A stretch of 18,136 nt of DNA from Piromyces finnis finn (taxonomy: Eukaryota; Fungi; Neocallimastigomycota), in assembly GCA_002104945.1 (NCBI GenBank), contig MCFH01000197.1, positions 1 to 18,136 of the forward strand. The letters are read 5' to 3'. The translations under genes and the position numbers were made by a program. Of the stretch, positions 1-12,169 are shown in pieces (positions within the stretch are counted from its first letter, which is position 1; every line of letters starts with the position of its first letter). The notes under the pieces were generated by a model. That model worked only from the letters and a program-made list of their open reading frames with translations. It had not been told where the DNA came from and searched no databases.

Positions 1-1547
1 TAGATAATGATCTGAAACACAAAGTTTCATTTATTATTTCATCCAAATTAATTTTACTATTATCAGTTCTTCTGTACAATCTACAGAATCTAAAGTTTTA
101 CATCACTTTCTTTAGTACATTCGGCTAAAGCTATTGATCCTTAGTACTTGTACCATATTTTATAAAACCAGAGGTACGGGTACATACTCCATTAACACAT
201 CATAAAGATAAACTGAACCAAGATCATTTGAAGTTAATTCACCAATATCATTTGAACTTAATAAATTACTATAAGTAATATCAGTTGGATCACTTTGTTT
301 TGAATGCAAAAATTCCTGATTCAGTTAGTTTTTCAATTTTCAGCACCTGAACGATTATAAATTATACCATCTACTAAATAATTTCCATTTTCTAATTACC
401 ATTAATTAATAAAATATTTATTTTTCAATTAATATTGTACTCTTTGAAAATTGCTTTTTATTATAATAAATTTTATTCTAATATATATTTAAATACTAAC
501 CAACATTTTCAGGAACTTTAGATATATCACAAACACCATCTGCACATTCATATAAGGTATTTAAAATGGTACCATCAACAAATTGTTCTTTTCTTTTGAT
601 TATTTTCTTATCTTCATATTGACAAAATTCTTCATCTATTTATTTTTAAATATAATATTATTTTTTAATGATGATTAATTATTTTGATTTAATAAAATTA
701 AATATTATTATATATATATTTTTTTTTTAATTTTATATAAATTGTAAATACTACCAGTATAAATATTATTGAAATAAATTTGCTTACATCACGAGTTAAA
801 ACAATACCACTTTTACTATTAGCAACAATTTAAAGATTGAACTTTGACTAATTTCACCATCTAAATATAATTTTTTCTTTTCACCAAATTCAACACTTTC
901 ACTTTACAGATAAACAAACACCATAAGTAGAAGATTGTAAACCAATTCTATTTTCCATCACATTTATCAGTAACTTTTTCTGCTTTTTTACTGGAACCCA
1001 TTTAATTTCGTAATAGTCTTTCTTTTTTATCTTGTCCCAGTACCATAAGTTACTTTAATATAACCTTCAGTTTTTTTACAAACATTTATCTTCATCACAA
1101 AGATACATAGATAATTTCCTTCCTTTCCACTTTCAATTGGATTTGAAGTCCACCAGTTAAATTAATTTCACTTATTCCACTTCTCCTATTCATGAAAACA
1201 TGAACACCTCAGATAATGGCATTTTATTATTACATTATAAATTTTATTTGATTCTTTATCTATACAGTATGATTCAGTATCCTTCTGTTCCATCTCTTCT
1301 TCTATAGAAACTTCATTCACATTTGGTAAAGTATTACCTTTATTTATTAAATTATAAATTCAAAAAATAAACCATTTTAGTTTTTTTATTATTTTTTTTT
1401 GGTATATTAATTCTTATTATATTTCTTATATTTACCTTGTTCTGCTAAGGTACGACCAACAAATAATAAACCAATGATACTGCAAAAATATATTTTTTTA
1501 AATTTATATTTTTTAAATATATATGTAATATACATGTTAGTTTTTAT
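1..1547 (-). CDS. Copy 0 (5' part only, runs off the window edge): secreted Cys-rich repeat protein, anaerobic-fungal scaffoldin-like family. Exons on - strand: 1547-1534, 1479-1436, 1337-755, 635-501, 391-<1
   Basis: Reverse complement aligns by eye exon-for-exon with the + strand copies and has GT..AG boundaries. Exons 1-2 give IKTNIIIGLLFVGRTLAEQ (signal-peptide-like). Exon 4 is an intact 135 nt frame (DEEFCQYEDKKIIKRKEQFVDGTILNTLYECADGVCDISKVPENV). Exons 3 and 5 have scattered 1-bp deletions. Confidence 0.8.
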
Positions 1548-2313
1548 GTTTTTTCAGTGAATAATTATAAAATATTATATATATCATTAGTTTATGAATA
1601 AACTATTCATTTTCATAGTCATAATAAGAATGATGATTTTAGAAACCTTAAAATATTCTTGCCAAGCATTTTTTTCTATTTTGTTGATTTTTTCTATTCT
1701 ACAATAATAATGATTTTAATATATACACTATTATACAAAATGGGTTTTAAATAAAATATTTATTATTAAACTAATAATTATTTTATTGTTTTATGACTTT
1801 TTAAAATTTTCAAAATCTCATGCAAAATTTATATTTTTCAAAAATTTTCATTTTATTAAAAATATACTTAAAAAAAGGAAAATAAAAAACTTTTAACCCA
1901 CCCACCATAAAACTACAAAAAAAATTATTATGGTGAAATTACAATTAAAAGAAAAGAAAAAACTAAAGTTAGAAGTATGTTTAATATTCAAAATTCATCA
2001 GCATTTAATTTAATATGAAAAAAAAAATGAAACAAACAACCAATCATTTTAAAATAATAATAATTAATTAGTAATAATAAATTTATTTGTTTTTATTAAA
2101 AAGATTATTTTTGATTATTTGAATATTTCAATAACAATAAATTGATAAAAAGATTAGAATTATTTTATTTCTTTTTTATTATGCTTTATTCTTTCTTTTT
2201 TTTTTTTTTTTTAGAAACATAAAAATGCAAATAAAAATTTGATTTTTCAATTTATCCATTAAAACAAAAAAAAAAAATAATAATAATAATTATTTTACCA
2301 AAAAAAAATTTTT

Positions 2314-2365
2314 AATATTGGAAACAAAAAAAAATTTTTTTTTTTTTTTTTTTTGTTTCAATATT
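2314..2365. repeat. Short inverted repeat (hairpin) aatattggaaac(A)n...(T)n gtttc(c)aatatt, copy-0 instance
   Basis: Arms are read directly from the sequence; homologous to the instances at 7211, 12170 and 17245. Confidence 0.85.
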
Positions 2366-3182
2366 TTTTATTAAATTATAGAGCGGATCTCTTTCCGAAT
2401 ATAAATTTATAAAATAAAAAAAAAAAAAAAAAAAAAATTTTTTTTGTTTCAATATAAAAATTTTTTTTTGGTAAATAAATTATTATTATTTTTTTTTTTT
2501 TTTTTTTTAATGATAAATTGAAAAATCAATTTTATTTGCATTTTTTATGGTTCAAAAAAAAAAAAAAAAGAAAGAATAAAGAATAAAAAAAAATAAAAAA
2601 TTTAATTCTTTTATAATTATTGTTATTGAAATATTCAAATAATCAAAAATAATCTTTTTATAAAAACAATAATTTATATTATTATTAATTTTATTATTTT
2701 AAAATGATTGTTTGTTTGTTTCATTTTTTTTTCATATTAAATTAAATGCTGAAGAATTTTAATATTAAACATACTTTACTTTAGTTTTTTCTTTTCTTTT
2801 AATTGTAATTTCACCATAATATTTTTTTGTAGTTTTTATGGTGGGTGGTTAAAGTTTTTTATTTTCCTTTTTTTTAAGTATATTTTTAATAAATGAAAAT
2901 TTTTGAAAATATATTTGCATGAGATTGAAAATTTAAAAGTATAAAACAATAAAATAATTATTAGTTATTAATAATATTTTATTTAAAACCATTTTATAAT
3001 ATGATTATATTTTAAAAAATCATTTATTTATTGTAGAAAGAAAAAATCAACAAATAGAAAAAATGCTTGGCAAGAATATTTTTAAGGTTCTAAATACATC
3101 TTATTATGACTATGAAATTGAATATTTTTCATAAACTAATGATATATAATATATTTTTTAATAATTATTCACTGAAATAAAC

Positions 3183-6100
3183 ATAAAAACTAACATATAT
3201 TTACAATATATTTAAAAAAATAAATTTAAAAAAAATTTTTTTTGAAAAGTATCATTGGTTTATTATTTTGTTGGTCGTTACTTAGCAGAACAAGTAAATT
3301 ATAAGAAATATTAATAAGAATTAAATTACCAAAAAAAAATAATAAAACTAAAATGGTTTATTTTTTGAATTTATAATTTAATAAATAAGGTAATCTTTAC
3401 CAAATTGTACAAATGAAGCTTCTGATAAAAAATAGATGAACAGAAGAGGTACATGAATCATACTGTATAGATAAGATCAATAAAATTTATAATGTAATTA
3501 ATAAAATGCATTTTGGAGGTGTTCATGTTCATGAATAAAGGAGAAAGTGAATAAAGTGAAATAGTTTAACTGGTGACTTCAAATCCATTGAAAGTGGAAA
3601 GGAAGGAGAATTATCTATGTTCTTTGTGAATAAGATAATGTTTGTAAAAAAACTGAAGTAATTAAAGTAACTTATGGTACTGAGGGACAAGATAAAAGAA
3701 GACTATTACGAAATTAATTGGGTTCAGTAAAAAGCAGAAGAATTATGATAAATGTGATAAAAGGTAGAATTGGTTTACATCTTCTACTTATGTGTTTTTG
3801 TTTATTAAAAGGTGAAGTGTTGAATTTGGTGAAGAAAAAATTATATCTTAGATGGTGAAATTAGTCAAAGTTTTAATCTTTAAATCTGTTGCTAAGTAAA
3901 GATTGGTATTGTTTAATCGTGATGTTAAGAAATTATTTCAATAATATTTATTCTGGTAAGTATTTACAATTTATATAAAATTTAAAAAAAAATATATAAT
4001 ATAAATGATATTTAATTTTATTAATCAAATAATAATCATCATTAAAAATAATATTTATATTTAAAATAAATAGATGAGATTTTGTCAATATAAGATAAAA
4101 AATAATCAAAGAAAGAACAATTTGTTGATGTAATTTTTAATACCTTATATGATGTGCAGATGGTGTTTGTGATATATTAAATTCCTGAAATGTTGTTAGT
4201 ATTAAATATATATAGAATAAATTTATTATATAAAAAGCATTTTCAAAAGTAATATTAATTGAAATAATATTTTATAATAATGGTAATTAGAAAAATGGAA
4301 TTATTTAGTAGATGGTATAATTTAATGTTCAGGTGCTGAATTGAAAATAACTTGATCAGGAATTTTTGCATTCAAACAAAGTGTCCACTGATTACTATAG
4401 TAATTTAAGTTTAATGATATTGGTGTTAACTTCAAATGTCTTGGTTCAGTTTATCTTTATGATGTGTTAATGGAGTATGTACGTACTCTGGTTTATAAAA
4501 TTTCAAGTCTAATGGATCAATAGTTTGCCGAATGTTAAAGAAGTGGATGTAAACTTTAGATCTGTAGATTGTACAGAAGAACTGATAATGTAAATTAATT
4601 TGGATGAAAATAATAAATAAACTTTGTTTTCAGGATCATTATACCTAACTTATAATCTTTTGATATTACAATTATGAAACTATTCAAACGAGAATTATTG
4701 GAGCAAACAAAGTAAACTATGATATAAATATTTTTTTTTATTATTAAAAATTTGTAAAATATTATTTATTGAATATTAATTAATACAATTTAATTTTGTT
4801 ATTTAAATTTTAATATGAAAATAATTTTTTTATAGCTGGTAGTTTCTTTAAGGATAGTGACTTAAAAGTTTGTACGATGGAGATTGTAAAAACTAGAAAG
4901 TGCCGCTGGTTATTACTTAAATTCTTATACAATAATGACGTTGAAAGAAAAAATTAATTTCCTGTGCTAATGGTAGTTGTAAACTCATTGAACCAAAGAA
5001 TGGTTACTACATAACAAGATAGTTCTAATTCTAAAGTGCAATTCTTTGTATGCTGCTCTTGATGAAGTTAGTTGTAAAGAAACTGTTTCTTGCTATAGTT
5101 GTACTGATAATGCCAATAACTTGTTTACATAATATTTCAATTTGTCATGGTAACTTTGAAAAAGACTTCAGCACTGAAGAAATGTTAATCTTTATAAGTT
5201 GATGGTGTTAAAGCATCAGGAATTAATTATCCAACAGATTTCATTACTGAAGAATCAGAAAATAAGATGGTTATTCAAGTAATCAATATTCAGTAACTCA
5301 ATATATTAATAATGATTGTAAATATCAAATATAAGAAAAAATAATATAATTTATTATGTATTATTTATTAATATTTAAAAATTTATTAAATATTATTTTG
5401 TTTTTTAGTATTCTGTATTAACGGCGATGTAAAGAAAAATGAATGTGTAAATGGAGATACCGGGATTAAATGTGATGATGCTAAAAAAGTTGTAAAATCT
5501 TTATTGTTGGAGCATGTGATCTTAAAGATATAAATGAAACTGTAATTTTATATAATTATTTTATTATAAATTATATAAAAATTAAATTAACTAATTTATA
5601 AAAAAATATGATTAAATAATAGGTGATGGATACTATGTTAATGAAAGTAATAAATTAAAATGTGTGCTGTTGAAATGCAGAAAATAAAATTAACTGTAAT
5701 GATGTTACTAAATTGGTTACTTCAAAAACGATAGAGCTAAAACCTACATTAATGTATTACTGATGGATCACAAACACAAACAATTAAATGTGAAGAACTT
5801 GAACAATTAGGAAGTACTTGTAGTATGTTGGTGACTTAATTAAAGATGAAAGTGTAATGTAAACTTTGTGTTGAAAGTAATAATGGTAATGCTATACTAT
5901 ATTCACAATGAAGATCCAAAAATACTTTATCAAGGCATCTGGATTAAATTCTAGTATTACTGTGAACAAAAAGCATTACATAGTTAATGTCGCTGAAAAT
6001 GAAGTTTTAACTGAAACTGCTGATTCTGGTAATTAAATAATATTTTTTAAAATGAATAATAAAACTTTTTATAAAGATGATATAAAAAAAAACTAATTCA

Positions 6101-6295
6101 ATGAAAATTTATTATATTATTATTATATTTTTTTTTTAAAAAAATAGAATACAAGAATATAAATATATAAAAAGTACTGTACTCCAGCTATTTTAGTTAA
6201 GGGTGAACAAAAGGTATTACTACAGGTGAATTAGTTGAATTTACTAAAAGTAAAGATAATGATAATACTTATGAAAAAGAGATATTTCTCCATAA
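3183..6295 (+). CDS. Copy 1: secreted Cys-rich scaffoldin-like repeat protein, heavily frameshifted as written. Approximate exons: 3183-3196, 3250-3293, 3390-3955, 4074-4194, 4291-4711, 4836-5317, 5409-5541, 5623-6028, 6148-6295
   Basis: Collinear with copies 2 and 3 over all 9 exons; ends ...GAT ATT TCT CCA TAA. Many small deletions (exon 4 is ~121 nt vs 134-135 nt in the other copies) and the intron-1 GT is missing, so it is either a pseudogene or poor-quality sequence. Confidence 0.7.
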
Positions 6296-7173
6296 ATATA
6301 TTTATAATGAATTTAAATATTAAACCAAAAAATATTATACATTAATGAATTTGTAAAAAAAATTATCTTGTATTTTTTTAATTGTTTAAAGATAAGATAA
6401 AAATTATATATTATATAATTAGTTTAAAGAAAAAAATATATTATAATACAAAAAAAAAGAAAGGATAGTTTAAACTTATTTATAATGTAAATAGTGATGT
6501 ATTATAATATTATTTTAAGAAAAAATACTACAAATGTATATATGTAATCAATCGAATTTATATTTTATTAAATTTAAGATTATATATTATTTACTAACAA
6601 AATTGTTGTATTTTTAATTCTTGAAAAGGAAAAACATTAAAAAAAAAAAAGAATACTTAGTATAAAAATAAAAGTTTTATATATTGAAAAATTTTTAAAT
6701 TTTTATTTTTTTTTTAAAAAAAATATTAATTCAAAAGTTTACTTTAAAAAATATTTTTAGTTTTTAGTTATTATATATTTAATATTTTACTTAAAAAATA
6801 AGATTGGAAATGAAAATGAAGATTTATTATTATTATTTTCAAATATTTTTAAATTATTTTCAATAATGGCCTAGGGATTACTCTTTAAATTATAATTATT
6901 GCTATAAAGAACATTTTATTTATTATTTTTCAAATTATAATTATTTACAAAAATAAAGATTATTCTTATTACTTTCTTTTTTATTAAAATATATTAAATA
7001 AAAAAGTAGATTTTCTGTTATCAATAAGTTTCTCATGTTTCTTCTATTATAAAATTTATAATTACTTTTTTTATATTTCCTTTTTTTTATTTTTTTTTTA
7101 TTTCATTTTTTTATTTTATAAAATAATATTATATTTTTTTTTATTTTTTTTTTTATTTATAAAATTTATTATT

Positions 7174-7187
7174 CGGAAAGAGATCCG
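7174..7187. promoter_or_regulatory. Candidate Zn2Cys6-type site CGG-N8-CCG (also at 2384-2397, 17210-17223, and 12137-12149 with a 7-nt spacer)
   Basis: CGGAAAGAGATCCG is an inverted CGG pair in otherwise >90% AT DNA, ~840 bp upstream of the gene start. Inverted CGG triplets are the classic fungal zinc-cluster binding architecture. Function is not demonstrated. Confidence 0.35.
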
Positions 7188-7210
7188 CTTCTATTAATTT
7201 TAATAAAAAT

Positions 7211-7254
7211 TATTGGAAACAAAAAAGAAAAAAAAATTTTTTTTGTTTCCAATA
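7211..7254. repeat. Short inverted repeat (hairpin) upstream of copy 2
   Basis: tattggaaacaaaaaa ... ttttttgtttccaata. Confidence 0.9.
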
Positions 7255-7895
7255 TTAAAAATTTTTTTTGGTAAAATAATTATTATATTATTTTTTTTTT
7301 TTGTTTTAATGGATAAATGAAAATCAAATTTTTATTTGCATTTTTTATGGTTTCTAAAAAAAAAAAAAAAAAGAAAGAATAAAGCAATAATAAAAAAGAA
7401 ATAAAATAATTCTAATTCTTTTTATCAATTTATTGTTATTGAAATATTCAAATAATCAAAATAATCTTTTAATAAAAACAAATAATTTATTATTACTAAT
7501 TAATTTTATTATTTTAAAATAATTGATTGTTTGTTTCATTTTTTTTTTTCATATTAAATAAATGCTGATGAATTTTGAATATTAAACATACTTCTAACTT
7601 TAGTTTTTTCTTTTCTTTTAATTGTAATTTCACCATAATAATTTTTTTTGTAGTTTTTATGGTGGGTGGGTTAAAAGTTTTTTATTTTCCTTTTTTTATG
7701 TATATTTTTTAATAAAATGAAAATTTTTGAAAATATAAATTTTGCATGAGATTTTGAAATTTTAAAAAGTCATAAAACATAAAATAATTATTAGTTAATA
7801 ATAAATATTTATTTAAAACCCATTTTGTATAATATGTATATATCTAAAATCATTATTTATTGTAGAATAGAAAAATCAACAAAATAGAAAAAATG

Positions 7896-7904
7896 CTTGG
7901 CAAG
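7896..7904 (-). promoter_or_regulatory. Near-palindrome CTTGGCAAG containing GCCAAG (PacC/Rim101-type consensus GCCARG) on the - strand; also at 1658, 3066, 12870, 17934
   Basis: Seen ~115 bp upstream of the start in every copy. A 6-bp match is weak, and conservation is expected in a recent duplication. Confidence 0.2.
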
Positions 7905-8011
7905 AATATTTTAAGGTTTCTAAAATCATCATTCTTATTATGACTATGAAATGAATAGTTTATTCATAAACTAATGATATATATAATATTTATAATTATT
8001 CACTGAAAAAC

Positions 8012-11000
8012 ATAAAACTAACATGTATATTTACATATATATTTAAAAAATATAAATTTAAAAATATAAATTTAAAAAATATATTTTTTGCAGTATCATT
8101 GGTTTATTATTTGTTGGTCGTACCTTAGCACAACAAGGTAAATATAAGAAATATCAATAAAAATTAATATATATTAAAAAAATATTAAAAAACTAAAAAT
8201 GGTTTATTTTTTGAATTTATAATTTAATAAATAAAGGTAATGCTTTACCAGAATGTGAAGATGAAGTTGTTTTAAGAAGAGATGAAGTATTTGAACATAC
8301 TGAATCATACTGTATAGATAAGGATCAAAAAAATTTATAATGTAAATGATAAATTATCACCATTATCTGAAGTGTTCATGTTTTCATGAATGGAGGAGAT
8401 GTTGGAATAAGTGAAATTAATTTAACTGGTGGAACTTCAAATCCATTGAAAGTGGAAAGGAAGGAAATTTATCTATGTATCTTGTGATGAAGAAAATGTT
8501 TGTAATCAAACTGAAGGTTATTTAAAGTAACTTATGGTACTAAAGATATTGAAAGTGAAGACTATTACGAAATTAAATCGGATTCCAGTAAAAAAGCAGA
8601 AAAAGTTACTGATAAATGTGATGGAAACAATAGAATTGGTTTACAATCTTCTACTTATGGTGTTTGTTTATCTGTAGAAGGTAAAAGTGTTGAATTTGCT
8701 GGTGAAGTGGAGAAGAAGAAAATTATTTTTAGATGGTACAATAGCTAGTGGTTCAATCTTTAAATCTGTTGCTGAAGGTAAAAGTGGTATTGTTTTAACT
8801 CGTGATGTAAGCAAATTTATTTCAATAATATTATACTGGTAAGTATTTACAATATATATAAAATTAAAAAAAAATTATATATAATGATATTTAATTTTAT
8901 TTATCAAAATAATTAATCATCATTAAAAAATAATATTTATTCATAAAATAAATAGATGAAGAATTTTGTAAATATGAAGATAAGAAAATAATCAAAAGAA
9001 AAGAACAATTTGTTGATGGTACCATTTTAAATACCTTATATGAATGTGCAGATGGTGTTTGTGATATATCTAAAGTTCCTGAAAATGTTGGTTAGTATTT
9101 AAATATATGTTAGATTAATTATATTATAATAAAAAGCAATTTTCAAAGAGTACAATATTAATTGAAAAATAAATATTTTATTATTAATGGTAATTAGATG
9201 ATGGAGATTATTTAGTAGATGTATAATTTATAATCGTTCAGGTGTTAAAATTGAACAACTAACTGAATCAGGAATTTTGCATTCAAAAAAAGTGATCCAA
9301 CTGATATTACTTATAGTAATTTATTAAGTTCAGATGATATTGGTAAATTAACTTCAAATGATCTTGGTTCAGTTTATCTTTATGATTGTGTTAATGGAGT
9401 ATGTATCCGTACCCTGGTTTTATAAAATATGGTAGTACAGCAGCTTTAGCCGAATGTACTAATGAAAAAAATGTGAAACTTTAGAATCTGTAGATTGTAA
9501 AGAAGGAACTGCTAATGTAGTATTAATTTAACTGGCACTGAAATGAAACTTTGTGTTTCAGAATCATTATCTGAATCAACTTATAATTCTATTGGTACTA
9601 CAATGTATGAAACTAATTCAGACAAGAATATTATTGGAGCAAAACAAAGTAAACTACAATATAATAATTTATTTTATTCTTAAAGAATTGTTAAATTTTA
9701 TTTATTGAAATATTAATACCAATTTTAATTTTTGTTATTTTAAATTTTTAATATGAAAATAATTTTTTTATAGCTGGTAATTTCCTTTCTGGAAGTAAAC
9801 TTATAGTTTGTGAAGATGGAGAATGTACAAGCCCTGACAGTGCTGCTGGTTATTACTTAAATTCTATTATGAAGAAATTACAGCTGGAAAGAAATTAATT
9901 TCCTGTACTGATGCTAATAATTGTGAACTCATTGAACCAAAGAATGGTTACTACATCAACAAAGATAGTACTAATTCTAAAAGGGCATTCTTGTGATAAA
10001 AATGGATGTTCAGAAACTGTGATCTTACTAAAGAAAATTGTAATAGTGATGCCAATAAACTTGTTTACAGTAATGGTGCTTTAAAAATATTGTGATGATA
10101 ATAATGTTAAAAACATTCCAGGTGATTCTTCAACTGTTAATCTTTATGAAGTTAATGTGTTAAAAATCAGACATTAATTATCCAACAGATTTCATTGCAA
10201 ATCCATCTACAACAGAAAAGATGGTTATTCAAGTTGATCAATATTCAGTAACTCCATATGTTGATGAAATAATTGTAAATATCAAATATAAGAAAAATAA
10301 TGTAATTTATTATTATACTATTTATTAATATTTAAAAAAAATTTTATTAAATATTATTTTATTATTTAGCATTCTGTATTGAAGATGATGTAAAGAAAGC
10401 AAAATGTGAAGATGGAAATACCGGGTTTAAATGTGTTGATGCTACTGAAAGTTGTACAACATTCACTGTTGGAGCATGTGATCTTAAAGATATAAATGAA
10501 AACTGTAATTTATATTAAAGAGTTTTATTATTAAATTTAAGAATATTATTATATTAAAATTAAAATAACTAAAAAAAAAAAACTATTATAATATAGGTAA
10601 TGGATACTATGTTAATGCAAGTAATGAATTAATTAGTTGTAATGGTGAGAATGTGGAGAAGCTATTAATAAAATTGGTTACTTCAAAAACGGTAAAGCTA
10701 AAACCTATATTAAATGTACTACTAATGGAGAAAAACAACAAAGTATTACTTGTGAAGCATTACTCCAGAATTAATTGCGTTAATGTTGGTGACTTAATAA
10801 AGATGAAAGTGATAATGTAAAACTTGTGTTGATAATATAAAAGAAAATGCTATTACTATATTCACAAATGAAGATTCCAAAAATACTTTATCAGCATCTG
10901 GATTAAATAGTAAAGATAGTATTGTTTCTTCACAAAGCATTACATAGTTAATGTCGCTGAAAATGAAGTTTTAACTGAAACCGTTACTGGTAATTAAATA

Positions 11001-11258
11001 ATATTTTTAAAATGAATAATAAAACTTTTTATAAAGATGATATATAAAAAAAAAACTAATTCAATGAAAATTTATTATTATATTTTATTTTAAAAAAAAT
11101 AGATTACAAGAAATATAAATATATAAAAATACTGTACTCCAGCTATTTTAGTTAAAGGTAAAGAAAATGGTATTAAAGATCCTGAAAGTGAATTAGTTGA
11201 ATTTACTAAAAGTAAAGAAAATGATAATACTTATGAAAAGGAAGATATTTCTCAATAA
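8012..11258 (+). CDS. Copy 2: secreted Cys-rich scaffoldin-like repeat protein, ~800 aa after frame repair. Exons: 8012-8024, 8094-8137, 8237-8838, 8956-9090, 9198-9648, 9774-10274, 10370-10504, 10597-10989, 11103-11258
   Basis: All 8 introns are GT..AG. Manual translation gives IIGLLFVGRTLAQQGNALPECEDEVVLRRDEVFEHTESYCIDK, YYEIKSDSSKKAEKVTDKCDGNNRIGLQSSTYGVCLSVEGKSVEF, KLIVCEDGECTSPDSAAGYYLNS, KKLISCTDANNCELIEPKNGYYINKDSTNS, MVIQVDQYSVT and the C-terminus ELVEFTKSKENDNTYEKEDISQ*. From memory, GYYxN/LIxC and VxxYSVT motifs are typical of Neocallimastigomycota scaffoldin-like proteins; no database search was run. Several 1-bp deletions must be corrected. Confidence 0.8.
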
Positions 11259-12169
11259 ATATATTTATAATGAATTTAAATATTAACCAAAAAATATTAT
11301 ACATTAATGAATTTGTAAAAAAAATTATTCTTGTATTTTTTTAATTGTTTAAAGATAAAGATAAAAACCATAGTATAATGAAAAATATTATAATACAAAA
11401 AAAAAGAAAGGATAGTTTTAAACTTATTTATAATGTAAATGTGATGTATTATAATATTTTAAGAAAAAATACTACAAAATGTATATATATGTAATCAATT
11501 GAATTTATATTTTATATATAAATTTAAAGATTATTATATATTTTACTAACAAATTGTTGTATTTTTAATTCTTGAAAAGGAAAAAAATTAAAAAAAATAA
11601 AAGAATATTTATGTATAAAAAAATAAAGTTTTATATATTGAAAAATTATTAAATTTTATTTTTTTTTAAAAAAAATATTAATTCAAAAGGTAAAACTAAG
11701 AAAATGTTTTTAGTTTATAGTTATTATATATTTAATATTTTTACTTAGAAAATTAAGATTGGAAATGAAATGAAAGATTTATTATTATTATTTTCAAATA
11801 TTTTTAAATTATTTTTCAATTATGTCCTAAGGGATTACTCTTTAAATTATAATTATTGCTTTAAAAAACTTTTATTGATTATTTTTAACATTATAATTAT
11901 TTACAAAATATAAAGTTTATTCTTATTACTTTCTTTTTTTATTAGAATATATTAAATAAAAAAAGTAGATTTTCTGTTATCAATAAGTTTTCTCATGTTT
12001 TCTATTATAAAATTTATAATTACTTTTTTTTATATTTCCTTTTTTTATTTTTTTTTTATTTATTTTTTTATTTTATAAAAAAAATATTATATTTTTTTTT
12101 ATTATTTTATTTTTTTATTTTATAAAATTTATTATTCGGAAGAGATCCGTTATATAAATTTTAATAAAA

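Larger units (their letters stand above)
1..4645. repeat. Large inverted duplication (palindrome): left arm 1-2354, 61-nt spacer 2355-2415, right arm 2416-~4645
   Basis: Position 1 (tagataatgatctgaaac...) is the reverse complement of ~4625-4645. Gene copies 0 and 1 are divergent mirror images and share private variants: GCA GAA CAA in exon 2, gatggtgaaattagtcaaag in exon 3 and gaactgataat in exon 5. Confidence 0.95.

Noticed and set aside
1480-1535. Read-through start from the ATG overlapping the intron-1 donor (MYITYIFKKYKFKKIYFCSIIGLL...)
   Set aside because: Open only in copy 0. Copies 2 and 3 hit TAA after 7 codons and copy 2 has an insertion here. Not preferred, though kept as an alternative because homopolymer errors could hide it.
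2355-2415. Missed SMRTbell or hairpin adapter at the palindrome centre
   Set aside because: The loop is genomic unit sequence (same as ~7150-7215 reversed); no adapter sequence is visible.
2190-2600. Poly-A/poly-T and (TTA)n tracts as telomeric or satellite repeats
   Set aside because: Ordinary low-complexity DNA for such an AT-rich genome; no regular telomere motif.
6868-6884. ggcctagggattactc GC-rich speck in the 3' spacer
   Set aside because: Contains only a 6-bp palindrome (CCTAGG) that is altered in copy 2; not enough to call an element.
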